From NCBI GenBank assembly GCA_001786395.1, contig MFWN01000024.1, forward strand, positions 27,697-73,493: DNA of 45,797 nucleotides, written 5' to 3'. Position 1 is the stretch's first letter; each line of letters starts with the position of its first letter. Origin of the DNA: Candidatus Pacearchaeota archaeon RBG_13_36_9. GTDB taxonomy: Archaea; Nanobdellota; Nanobdellia; Pacearchaeales; GW2011-AR1. The position numbers and the translations under genes were made by a program. Shown here in pieces: positions 1-9,330 of this stretch. The notes under the pieces are model-generated. The model made no database searches and was not told the origin of the DNA. It worked only from the letters and a program-made list of their open reading frames with translations.

Positions 1-3000
1 GGAACATGGAAAATTGATGTTAACTTTTCTTCTGAATATTCTAATGTGCCTGTAAATGACACTAAAAATGCAAATATAAGTGTTTATAACCCTCCTACTC
101 TGACTGTTAATTTAACTAATCCTGCTGCAAGCACAGTTATAAATAAAAGTGAAAGTTTAATAATGAACTGCACTGCCAACTGCTCTGGACAGGCATGCGA
201 GAATGTTGTTGTTTATCCTATTTACTGCCAGGGAGCAGGATGCACCCCAAACAAGGCTTTAAGGACTGACTCTGCTAATCTAAGCTCTAATGTTAACAGC
301 GCGAGTTTGGGCATTCTCAATCCAAATACTGCGCAAGATGCTGGCTTTAATGTTTCTTCAAGCAACTATGGAAATTATGTCTTAAGCTGCAATGCAACTT
401 CTTCCAACAATGGAAATCCAGATTCTCCTACAACTCGTTCTTTAATTGTAAATTCGCTGCCGAATGCTTCGTTTACTTATCCCTTGAATGGAACCTGGCT
501 GCATGCGACCGAGACATTGGATGCAACAGCTTCTTCTGATATTGACGGCACAATAGCTGAATATTTATTTGAAATCGATGACAATTCTGCTTTTGCAAGT
601 TCAACAATTATCTGTCAGGGAGCAGGAGCCAGCTGCGAGCTAAACACTTCCTCCCAGACACAATGCTCTCAGGAATCCAATGCTTGTTACTTAAGATTGA
701 GGGTTATTGACAATTATGGCGGAAGAAATTCAACAGCTATAAGAATAGGCATAGATAATGTTGGGCCGACTGCCTTGATGGACCGCCCTTTTAACAACAG
801 CTACATTGCAACAGAGAGCCAGATTGTCAATGCGACTGCATCAGATTCAGGAAGCGGAGTTGAATGTATAGAATTTTCAGCTTACTATGATTTTGCCTGG
901 AACACAATAAATACAGACTGCTCTTCTCCATATTCTTATGAATGGAGCCTTGCTTCTGTCAGCGACCAGGTTATACAGGTGAGAGCAAGAGCCAATGACT
1001 CAGAAGGAAACTGGGGCAGGTATGCAAACAATACAAACATAACCCATGATACAACGTTTCCCAATGCGGTTTTGAATTTGCCTCAGAGCAATACCATAAT
1101 TAATTCAAGTACCTATGTTTTAAATGCAAGCTCTTCGAGTGATGCGCTCTCTGGAATTAGAAACGCCACTTTTTACTATGAAAACAGCACTGATTTTAAA
1201 GAGATTGGAAGCGATACTGATCCGAGCGATGGTTTAACTTATTCCTGGGCAATCGGCATTGGAGACGGAGTTTATAATATAGGTGTTAATGTAACTGATA
1301 GGGCTGGATTGGTAAATACAACAAGAAACACGAACATAACTATTGATATTATCAACAATGCACCTGTTTGCATTGTTATTTATCCTAATGGATATGAAAA
1401 TGTTTCTGGAATTATTACTGTAAATGCGACTGCTTCTGATTCTGACCCTTCGGATTATGTTGTGAATGTCAGTTTTGAATACCTGAGAAGCGGCGGAGCG
1501 TGGACTCTTATTGGAGATAACCTTACTTCTAATCGCGGCAGTTACACTTTAAGCTGGGACACTTCTTTAGTTTCTGATTCTAATAATTATACAATAAAGT
1601 GCAACGCAAGTGACACTAGAGGAGGATTTGGAAGCGATATTTCTAATAATAATTTTACAGTTGACAATGCTGCTCCAGGCATTACTGAGCCTTACATAAA
1701 TTCTACAAGTGTCGAGGCAAATACTTACATCTGCTTTAATCTGACTGTCAGCGATAATTTTTTGGAGATTGATAGAACTTGGGCGGAAGTCAGCCTCCCC
1801 CCCGGCGTTGGCGGAAGCCAGAATCTTACCTTGTATGATGCAGGAGGAGATTGTGATGAAAGCGCAGGAGACGGAGTGTATTCAAACAGGTATCTTGTTT
1901 TATTTGATGGAGAATACAACTGGACAAGGGCGTATGCAAATGACAGCCTGGGAAATTTAAACATAAGCACGATTGGACTGAACTTTTCAGGGTATTCTGA
2001 TTCTTATCTTATAGTTAACATGCTTTCTCCTGTTTCCAATATAGAAATAAACGAAGCTGGAAACGGGAGCTCTTACTACCAGAATTGCAATGTTACTTGC
2101 AATGAGAGCGGAGGGGCATGCAACGAGGTTTATCTTTTCCCCCAATACTTTTATTCTGGAATTTGGACAGATATTTTAACTTCTGGAGATAATTTATTTA
2201 ATGAAGTTAACAACTATTCTTGCGGAGACCTTGATTCTAGAGCAGGATGCAATTATTCCTTTAATATATCTTCAAATTACTCTGGGGGAAATACCTGGGC
2301 TATCAGATGCAGGGGCTTAAGCAGCAATGCAGCTGCTGATTTTTCGAGTTCAGTGGATTTGTATGTGAATAAATTCCCAGTTGCTAATTTTACTTATCCT
2401 TCTAACGGAAGCTGGATTCATGGAATTGAGACGTTAGATGTCGGGGCTTCTTATGACAGTGATGGAAGCCTTATCAATTATTTTATACAACTCGATAACA
2501 ATACTAATTTTGACAGCCCCAAGAACTTATGCGATGGTGTATCAACAATATGCGGTTTTGCTACTAATAATCCGCTTATTCAAACCCAGTGTTTAGAAGA
2601 AAGTACAAGCTGCTTTTTGAAAATAACTGTTACTGATGATGATAGCACAACTAACTATACAATAATACAAATAGGCATAGATAATGTTGTCCCTACACTT
2701 CAATTAGACAGACCTTTTAACAACAGTTATATAACAACAGAAAGCCAGACTGTCAATGCAACTGCATCAGATTTTGGAAGTGGTGTTGATTGTGTTGTAT
2801 TTTCAGCTTACTATGACTCTGCCTGGAACACAATAAATACAGACTGCTCTTCTCCTTATTCTTACGCTTGGAATCTGGGTTCTGTAAGCGACCAGATAAT
2901 ACAGGTAAGAGCAAGGGCAAATGACACAGAAGGAAACTGGGGCAAGTACGCAAACAATACAAACATAACCCATGATGCAACAAAGCCTTCCATACAGCTT

Positions 3001-6000
3001 TCTTACCCTTTAAACAACAGCTATTTCAATTACACAACCCTTAGTTTTAATTTCACTGCAACAGACCTGGTTGCAACTGTTTTGAACTGCTCTTTAATTA
3101 TTGACGCTTCTATCAACCAGACAAATTCCTCTACAAAAAATGGCACTGTTACCCAGTTTACAGTAGCTAATTTAGGAGAAGGCAGCCATAATTGGAGTGT
3201 CAACTGCACAGATTATGTTGGAAATGAAAATTCAAGCCAGACAAGAAAAATTACGCTGGATACCACTCTTCCTATAGTAAACTTAAATTATCCTGCAAAT
3301 AACCAGTGGCTGAACAACTCTAATGTGACTTTTAATTATACTCCGATTAATACACATATAGATTCCTGCGAATTGTGGGGAAATTGGACCGGCTCTTGGC
3401 AAAAAAATGATACAGATATAACTATCACAAACGGAAGCGTTAACAGCTTCAATAAAATTATTCCCGATGGCAGTTACTTATGGAATATTAAATGCAACGA
3501 CTCTGCAGGGAATTGGGCGTTTAACTCCAGCAATTTTACACTAAATGTCCACAGCGAAGTTCCCTTGATTTTTTTTAATCCTTCTACAACCAGCTCTGAA
3601 ATTACAGGGCTCAATTGGATTTTTATAAATGTTACTGCAAGTGATTCATATAAAGACTCTGTAAGGCTGGGATGGAGCTCAAACGAGACTTTTGACAACA
3701 GCGAGGGTAACATTTACTGGAAGAATAAAACAGGATTAACTGACGGGAACTACAGCTTTTATGCTTGGATAAATGATTCTGCAGGAAATCTTAATTTAAC
3801 AGCTACAAGAACTGTTCTTGTTGATGCAACTGCCCCTAATTATACTTTCCAGAACCAGACAATCTCAGGAAACTACGTAAACATAGTTCATAGAGATGAA
3901 ACAGTTAATTTATCTGCTTATTGGGCAGATGCAGTTAATTTAAGTGCTGCCTGGCTGGCTACTAACGAATCTGGAGTGTGGGAGAATAAAACTACTTACG
4001 GCTCTCCTAGAGTTTTAAACGGTACAGGAAACACGAGCGAGTTTAACTGGAGCAATTCTTCTGTTCTTCCTGGGACACAAGTTTCCTGGAGGATTTATGC
4101 AAACGACTCTGTAAACAATGTTAATGTTACTGGCCATATGACTTTTCAAATTTGGGGGTGGGCGGAGGTTTGGAGTTCTTATTTTTCTCCTGCGGGAGTT
4201 AAGCAGGGAGAGTTAGCTACTATGTACTGCTTGGTAAGGGATAATGTTTCTCAATCAGGGCTTTTAGGATATAATGTAAGTTTTTTAAGAGAGGGCGCCT
4301 CTTTAGGCAGCAACCTTACAGGAGCCGGCGGATATGCCATTTATACTGTTAATGAAACAGTTGCGGGAAGTTATAGCTATAGGTGCCAGATAGGGAACAA
4401 TGCAAGCGCATACTATAATTCTTCTTCTAATTATTATAAAGACAGCGTTTTAGGAGTGGGGTATTATTTAGCAATTTATGATTATAATGATTTGACTTAC
4501 AACAGGGCTTATGAGGGTACAACAGACACTACAACCACTCCGGTTAATGATTATCCTGCTTTGCAGTCAGACAGCAATGATTTTGAATATTTTTCCTCTA
4601 CAGGCACCTCTGGCTTGTATGCTTATCAGAGGTTTGAGATAAGAATAAACGAGTCTGCAAATCAGATGAAGGAACTTAACATAACCTGGAGTGGTTACGG
4701 AGATGTAAATTCTGGAACAGACGGGTTTAACATCTCTATTTATAATTTCAGCTCTAGCTCTTGGATTCAGCAAGTCTCCTATTCAACCAATAACTCTGAA
4801 AGACGGGTTTATTTTGGATTTGACAATTACTTTTCTGATTTTGTTAACTCTACAGGATATGTATGGATTCTGGCTAGGAGCTACTCTGCTGCGCCAACTC
4901 CGAGCCCAAAAACAGCAACAATTGCAACAGACTATGTAGGAGTAAATGTAAAAAAAGATATAATCCCTCCTGATGTTGTTTTAATACAGCCTGTTAATTA
5001 TTACAACAGCTCTTCCAAAAATGTAACTTTTAACTGCAGCGCATCTGATGATTATAGAGTTCAGAATGTAAGCTTATACGGAAACTGGACAACTGGCTGG
5101 CATTTAAACGAGACAAATACATCTGGGTTGAACAATGTGAATTATACTTTTAATAAAAGCATAGAAGAGGGAGCTTTTCTCTGGAACTGCTATGCCTGTG
5201 ATAGAGCTAATAACTGCGCATTTGCGTCTTTAAACAGAACATTTACAATTGACCTAACGCCTCCGTCTGTTAATTTAATATATCCTGGAAACTACCAGAA
5301 CCTTTCAGGGCTTACAATCAGCCAGTTTAATTTTAGCGTCAATGATTTTACTTCCATAGCCAATTGCTCTCTATACGGAAACTGGACAACAGGCTGGCAT
5401 TTAAATCAGACAGTTTTGAACCCTAACAAGAATGTGCAGGTTAATTTTTCTTCTGCAAATATGTTAGAAGATGGATATTTTTTCTGGAATGTTTTGTGTT
5501 ATGATATTGTGGGCAACAAGGCTTTTAATTCCAGCAATTTCAGTTTTGGGGCTTTTTTATATCCAGACCTTCCTGTTTATATCAATGCTACCCAGGACAA
5601 AAATGATGGAACTGGAAACATAACCTTGTTTTGGAATGCTTCAAACCATACAACTGATTATTATATTTATTCTGCTTCAAGTTTAGCAGGGGCTTTTACT
5701 TTGCTGAACACAACAGCAAAACCTAATTACACTGACACAACTTTTTCAGGAACAAGAAAGTTTTACAGGATTGATTCCTGGAATCCAATAGGGCAGAATT
5801 CTTCTTTAGAGCATTTTGGGGCGCACGTTTACACTCTCAGGCATACTGCAACAAAGACAAGAAACTGGATAGGATTTCCAACAGATTTTGTTAATTTAGA
5901 TAATGCCAACCAAACGCTTTATGACATAAGAAACGCAACTACTTTTTCAATGTGGAACGAAACTATTCAAAAAAGAGTTTCCTGCACCAAGTTCTCGTGC

Positions 6001-6405
6001 CCGGACAGCTTTGAATGTACAGATGAATTATGCAATTTTAATCTTCAGCAGGGAAGAGGTTATGAAGTGGATATAAACTTAAGCGTGGCAAGCCCAGTAA
6101 CCTGGAGCCAGGCCGGAATAGTTTATAATAAGACAACAATAAGCTTAAATAAAAACGATACTAATTTTCGTAAAAATTGGGCGGCAATGTATGCAAATAC
6201 TTCAATTACAAATGCACAGGGATTTACTAACAACTTAACAAATGAAGATGCGGTTACAAATTGGAATTCTGCAATCCAAGAATCACAGGGTTACATCCGC
6301 TCCCCATTTAATGCAAGCCAGTATCTCGGGACTAATTTTAATATTATACCAGAAGGAGGTTATGAAGTTTCTGTGACTTCATCAGGAACATGGGCTCAAG
6401 GATAA
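1..6405 (+). CDS. Giant secreted surface glycoprotein (>2130 aa, 5'-truncated) with PKD/Big-type Ig-like repeats and a duplicated C-terminal beta domain
   Basis: Frame is open from base 1 (GTWKIDVNFSSEYSNVP...), so the GTG at 46 is not the true start. PKD-like 'PNASFTYP...LDATASSDIDGTIAEY', repeated 'P.V.L..P.N' Ig units, a 'DESAGDGVYS' Ca-binding-like motif, dense N-x-S/T sequons, many Cys pairs, no C-terminal TM. Confidence 0.85.
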   Translation, partial: GTWKIDVNFSSEYSNVPVNDTKNANISVYNPPTLTVNLTNPAASTVINKSESLIMNCTANCSGQACENVVVYPIYCQGAGCTPNKALRTDSANLSSNVNSASLGILNPNTAQDAGFNVSSSNYGNYVLSCNATSSNNGNPDSPTTRSLIVNSLPNASFTYPLNGTWLHATETLDATASSDIDGTIAEYLFEIDDNSAFASSTIICQGAGASCELNTSSQTQCSQESNACYLRLRVIDNYGGRNSTAIRIGIDNVGPTALMDRPFNNSYIATESQIVNATASDSGSGVECIEFSAYYDFAWNTINTDCSSPYSYEWSLASVSDQVIQVRARANDSEGNWGRYANNTNITHDTTFPNAVLNLPQSNTIINSSTYVLNASSSSDALSGIRNATFYYENSTDFKEIGSDTDPSDGLTYSWAIGIGDGVYNIGVNVTDRAGLVNTTRNTNITIDIINNAPVCIVIYPNGYENVSGIITVNATASDSDPSDYVVNVSFEYLRSGGAWTLIGDNLTSNRGSYTLSWDTSLVSDSNNYTIKCNASDTRGGFGSDISNNNFTVDNAAPGITEPYINSTSVEANTYICFNLTVSDNFLEIDRTWAEVSLPPGVGGSQNLTLYDAGGDCDESAGDGVYSNRYLVLFDGEYNWTRAYANDSLGNLNISTIGLNFSGYSDSYLIVNMLSPVSNIEINEAGNGSSYYQNCNVTCNESGGACNEVYLFPQYFYSGIWTDILTSGDNLFNEVNNYSCGDLDSRAGCNYSFNISSNYSGGNTWAIRCRGLSSNAAADFSSSVDLYVNKFPVANFTYPSNGSWIHGIETLDVGASYDSDGSLINYFIQLDNNTNFDSPKNLCDGVSTICGFATNNPLIQTQCLEESTSCFLKITVTDDDSTTNYTIIQIGIDNVVPTLQLDRPFNNSYITTESQTVNATASDFGSGVDCVVFSAYYDSAWNTINTDCSSPYSYAWNLGSVSDQIIQVRARANDTEGNWGKYANNTNITHDATKPSIQLSYPLNNSYFNYTTLSFNFTATDLVATVLNCSLIIDASINQTNSSTKNGTVTQFTVANLGEGSHNWSVNCTDYVGNENSSQTRKITLDTTLPIVNLNYPANNQWLNNSNVTFNYTPINTHIDSCELWGNWTGSWQKNDTDITITNGSVNSFNKIIPDGSYLWNIKCNDSAGNWAFNSSNFTLNVHSEVPLIFFNPSTTSSEITGLNWIFINVTASDSYKDSVRLGWSSNETFDNSEGNIYWKNKTGLTDGNYSFYAWINDSAGNLNLTATRTVLVDATAPNYTFQNQTISGNYVNIVHRDETVNLSAYWADAVNLSAAWLATNESGVWENKTTYGSPRVLNGTGNTSEFNWSNSSVLPGTQVSWRIYANDSVNNVNVTGHMTFQIWGWAEVWSSYFSPAGVKQGELATMYCLVRDNVSQSGLLGYNVSFLREGASLGSNLTGAGGYAIYTVNETVAGSYSYRCQIGNNASAYYNSSSNYYKDSVLGVGYYLAIYDYNDLTYNRAYEGTTDTTTTPVNDYPALQSDSNDFEYFSSTGTSGLYAYQRFEIRINESANQMKELNITWSGYGDVNSGTDGFNISIYNFSSSSWIQQVSYSTNNSERRVYFGFDNYFSDFVNSTGYVWILARSYSAAPTPSPKTATIATDYVGVNVKKDIIPPDVVLIQPVNYYNSSSKNVTFNCSASDDYRVQNVSLYGNWTTGWHLNETNTSGLNNVNYTFNKSIEEGAFLWNCYACDRANNCAFASLNRTFTIDLTPPSVNLIYPGNYQNLSGLTISQFNFSVNDFTSIANCSLYGNWTTGWHLNQTVLNPNKNVQVNFSSANMLEDGYFFWNVLCYDIVGNKAFNSSNFSFGAFLYPDLPVYINATQDKNDGTGNITLFWNASNHTTDYYIYSASSLAGAFTLLNTTAKPNYTDTTFSGTRKFYRIDSWNPIGQNSSLEHFGAHVYTLRHTATKTRNWIGFPTDFVNLDNANQTLYDIRNATTFSMWNETIQKRVSCTKFSCPDSFECTDELCNFNLQQGRGYEVDINLSVASPVTWSQAGIVYNKTTISLNKNDTNFRKNWAAMYANTSITNAQGFTNNLTNEDAVTNWNSAIQESQGYIRSPFNASQYLGTNFNIIPEGGYEVSVTSSGTWAQG
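745..1050 (+). repeat. Intragenic domain duplication, copy 1 (copy 2 at 2671-2976)
   Basis: IGIDNV...DRPFNNSYI.TESQ.VNATASD.GSGV.C..FSAYYD.AWNTINTDCSSPYSY...NWG.YANNTNITHD occurs twice with long identical DNA runs (e.g. gcctggaacacaataaatacagactgctcttctcc). Confidence 0.9.
2671..2976 (+). repeat. Intragenic domain duplication, copy 2
   Basis: Near-identical DNA and protein to 745-1050. Confidence 0.9.
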
Positions 6406-6407
6406 AG

Positions 6408-7817
6408 ATGGTATTTGGCTTAGTAATATGCTTTTTCCTAGCAGCAGCTTGGTTTTCTTGCCTTGCTGAAGCGAGCCTGGCATGCGGGCAGGTTAATTCG
6501 ACAGCGGGCATTGAGCCGCAGTGGATGAAAGTTAAAATTTATGGCATTGATAAAAATAAGTTTACAACCTGCAGCGTAAGCCCTGCTGAAAATAAATTTT
6601 GCTGCGATATAGAGGCGATTTATCCTCCTTTGAACTTGCCTGTTGGAAGCCAGATGAATGGGGAGATTTTTAACGAAGAAGGGTATTTCGCAGGCCCTGT
6701 TTCATTGTATACAAGCGGAGAGGGCTATGATGTATTTCCTTTGATGAACCTGAAAAAGGCAATTGTAATCAATAGTCCAGGCAGGGTTATTTTTTCCAAT
6801 GAACCTAAACTTCTATTGAATGCCAGTTTTAAAAGTCCTTTTACAAATATTTCTATTGAAAGGAACGGGCAGAGAGAATTTCCATACACTGGAGAAGAAT
6901 TACAGAGATATATAAACGGGAGTTTTGGAATGAATTACTTTAAGATAATAGCTGGAGATGGGCAGAGAGAATTTAGCGAGACTAGTTCTGTGGCAATTCT
7001 GAAAAATTTTGTCTTAGATCGGTTGATTGAGTGTGAAAAATGCAATAATAAATTGATAAAGAGCGGTAAAGAGGCTGTTATTAGGATGAATGTTTTACTT
7101 TCTCATGAAGTAAAAGGATTAGAGTTAAGAGAGTATGTCCCAATCGAATTTGAAATTTTAGAAACAGACGGGCAGATAAAAGAATATAGCCAGACGCATA
7201 AGGTTATTGTATGGAATGTCAGTGGAAAAAATATAGGCCAGTCATACAGGGTTCTTGCCCCAAAAGTCAGCTTTTTCCCCAGGAAATATGTTTTCCGCGC
7301 AGAACTGGAGAATGTTTTGCTTAGAGAAGATAAGATAACTGTGAGCAGATTTTTTTCATTCTGGAGCTTTGACGAAGGAATAGAGCTAAAACAAAAGGTA
7401 AAGAAAGTTTATTCTAGGATCTCTCCAAGCAGCCCTCTTGTTTATAAGCTTAAGGGCAGAGAGATAACTAGAATAGCAGTATTTCCTAAAAAAATAATCA
7501 ATGGGGCTGAATTTGTTGCTGAGGAATACGAGGAGGAAAATGCAGGAGATGTGAATTATTATTCTTTTGATACAAACATAGCGACAGAAGATATTGAAAA
7601 AATATTTGTTGAGTTTAAAGTCCCTAAAAACAATTCAGGAAACCTGAGCCTGTATGTTTTTGAAAATGGATGGGAAGAATGGGACAGCTCAAAAATAGAG
7701 TTTAGCAGGGAAGAAGGCGAATATGCCTATTACCAGGCTTACATTCCAGCAACAAAGAAGATAGCTTTGGCAGGAGAGGAAGAGGGCTCCGGGAATTTTT
7801 TGAGGATTTTTAATTAG
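6408..7817 (+). CDS. Secreted protein with C-terminal PGF-pre-PGF-like domain
   Basis: ATG 6408 lies 2 nt after the upstream stop and gives a signal peptide (MVFGLVICFFLAAAWFSCLAEA). The C-terminal 'YYSFDTNIATEDIEKIFVEFKVPK...LYVFENGW...YAYYQAYIPATKKIALAG' follows the PGF-pre-PGF pattern. Confidence 0.6.
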   Translation: MVFGLVICFFLAAAWFSCLAEASLACGQVNSTAGIEPQWMKVKIYGIDKNKFTTCSVSPAENKFCCDIEAIYPPLNLPVGSQMNGEIFNEEGYFAGPVSLYTSGEGYDVFPLMNLKKAIVINSPGRVIFSNEPKLLLNASFKSPFTNISIERNGQREFPYTGEELQRYINGSFGMNYFKIIAGDGQREFSETSSVAILKNFVLDRLIECEKCNNKLIKSGKEAVIRMNVLLSHEVKGLELREYVPIEFEILETDGQIKEYSQTHKVIVWNVSGKNIGQSYRVLAPKVSFFPRKYVFRAELENVLLREDKITVSRFFSFWSFDEGIELKQKVKKVYSRISPSSPLVYKLKGREITRIAVFPKKIINGAEFVAEEYEEENAGDVNYYSFDTNIATEDIEKIFVEFKVPKNNSGNLSLYVFENGWEEWDSSKIEFSREEGEYAYYQAYIPATKKIALAGEEEGSGNFLRIFN

Positions 7818-8128
7818 AAGTCTAATGGACTGTTTTTATTTATCACATAAATATAAAAAATTTTAGAATGATTTTCCAGTTTTTGATAGGAGATTTTTTC
7901 GTAGGCTTTCTTTTTTCTAAATCTTAAATTAAAGGGAATTTCAAAATACTTAGTTGATTTTTCCCTTCCTCTTTCAATTATTCTTGCCTCTTTTTTACAT
8001 AATTCTGGGGAGAATAGGCAAACATTGCGAAAACCATTTTTTAAAGCTAAAGCTTCATCGATTTCTAATAATACCCGGTATAGGACGTTGTTGTTTGGCA
8101 AAACTTTAGAACTTATAATTTCCCCCAT
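7814..8128 (-). CDS. Small basic protein, paralog of 8271-8579, possibly AbrB/SpoVT-like swapped-hairpin
   Basis: Aligns end to end with the divergent neighbour (EAL.LK...N.C.FS...RG....TKYF.IP..LR...QKLE...KI...YV..K). Confidence 0.7.
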   Translation of the reverse strand: MGEIISSKVLPNNNVLYRVLLEIDEALALKNGFRNVCLFSPELCKKEARIIERGREKSTKYFEIPFNLRFRKKKAYEKISYQKLENHSKIFYIYVINKNSPLDF

Positions 8129-8270
8129 TTTTACTACTCTTAATTGATACTATATTTCAAAATTTCTTGGATAACTTTGTTTAAAAATTTATCCTTAAAA
8201 TTGTATAGGGGTAGGAATAATTGCTTATTTTTTAAAATTTGAAAAGATTTAAATACTAAAATTAATATTT

Positions 8271-8579
8271 ATGCTTATGGGAAAAATACTTGGAACAAAA
8301 ACAACAAAAGAGGGCAAGGTAATTTTTGAAGTTGAACTTGGATATGAGGAAGCTTTGCAGTTAAAAGGGTATATTAATAACATTTGTGTTTTTTCAGAAG
8401 ACGCAGCAGAGATTAAAACAAACTTATCGCAGCGAGGGAAAAATGAAGCAACCAAATATTTTTTAATTCCAAGAGAGTTAAGGAGCAATTTGCGATTTAA
8501 TGAAAAAGTTAAATGCCAGAAATTAGAAACAGATACAAAAATAATATTTGTTTATGTTGTTGATAAAATAAAAATCTGA
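8271..8579 (+). CDS. Small basic protein, paralog of 7814-8128, possibly AbrB/SpoVT-like
   Basis: 'QRGKNEATKYFLIPRELR' resembles the AbrB 'IPkelR' motif. It is the first gene of an apparent operon with the KaiC-like ATPase. Confidence 0.7.
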   Translation: MLMGKILGTKTTKEGKVIFEVELGYEEALQLKGYINNICVFSEDAAEIKTNLSQRGKNEATKYFLIPRELRSNLRFNEKVKCQKLETDTKIIFVYVVDKIKI

Positions 8580-8585
8580 TTAAAA

Positions 8586-9305
8586 ATGGAAGATAAATTA
8601 AGCGGAAGAGTAATTGAGAGAGAAAGTATTGGAATTAATAATGTAGATAAGATGATTCAGGGGGGGGTTCCGAGAGGGGGGATTGTCGGGTTGAGCGGGC
8701 CTCCTGGCGTAGGAAAATCAATTTTTACACTGCATTTTTTATTACAGGGTGCAAGGCAGGGACAGAAATGTGTTTACATCAATCTTGAAGAGCCAGAAGG
8801 GAATATAATCAATATGATTAACCAATTTGAGTTTTCAAAAGAATTTCTCGATTTTGTTGATAAAGAAAAGATTGTTATAAGGTGCTTTACTTATCCTGAA
8901 TATGAAAAGATTTATTCCGACCTTTTTCAGAAAATAAGGGAAGATAATTCTATAAACCGATTGGTTATAGATAGCTTTAATTGTTTTTTTCCTTCAGCAT
9001 TTAATCCAGAATCTTTAAGTTTAAGTGGAGAAGTTAATATAAGGCGGATGATAAACCAGGCATTTTCTATGTTTAGGAGGAAGGGGCTAACAACAATCTT
9101 AATTTTAGAAATGCAATTAGACAAGCAGACAAGATTTTACTACAACATCCCGCATCTCGTAGATGGGATTATTAATTTAGATTTTCTAGAACTCGGGGCA
9201 ATAGAAAGAAGAATCTTTATTCCTAAGATGAGGTGGACAAATCAATACAGAGAAAGCAAGAGCTACGAGATTAATAAAAAAGGCATTGTTGTCAGGGGAG
9301 AATAA
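8586..9305 (+). CDS. KaiC/RAD55-family RecA-superfamily ATPase (single domain)
   Basis: 'SIGINNVDKMIQGGVPRG', Walker A GPPGVGKS, catalytic 'LEE', Walker B 'RLVIDS', 'KMRWT' Arg finger. Confidence 0.92.
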   Translation: MEDKLSGRVIERESIGINNVDKMIQGGVPRGGIVGLSGPPGVGKSIFTLHFLLQGARQGQKCVYINLEEPEGNIINMINQFEFSKEFLDFVDKEKIVIRCFTYPEYEKIYSDLFQKIREDNSINRLVIDSFNCFFPSAFNPESLSLSGEVNIRRMINQAFSMFRRKGLTTILILEMQLDKQTRFYYNIPHLVDGIINLDFLELGAIERRIFIPKMRWTNQYRESKSYEINKKGIVVRGE

Positions 9306-9330
9306 TCTTCTGTGTAGGAGGCGGTTTATT

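Noticed and set aside
46..48. GTG start given for the first ORF
   Set aside because: The frame is open to base 1 and there is no signal peptide, so the gene starts upstream of the window.
8586..9305. Circadian clock kaiC or flagellar flaH
   Set aside because: Single domain, no phospho-site Ser/Thr, no kaiA/kaiB or archaellum genes nearby.
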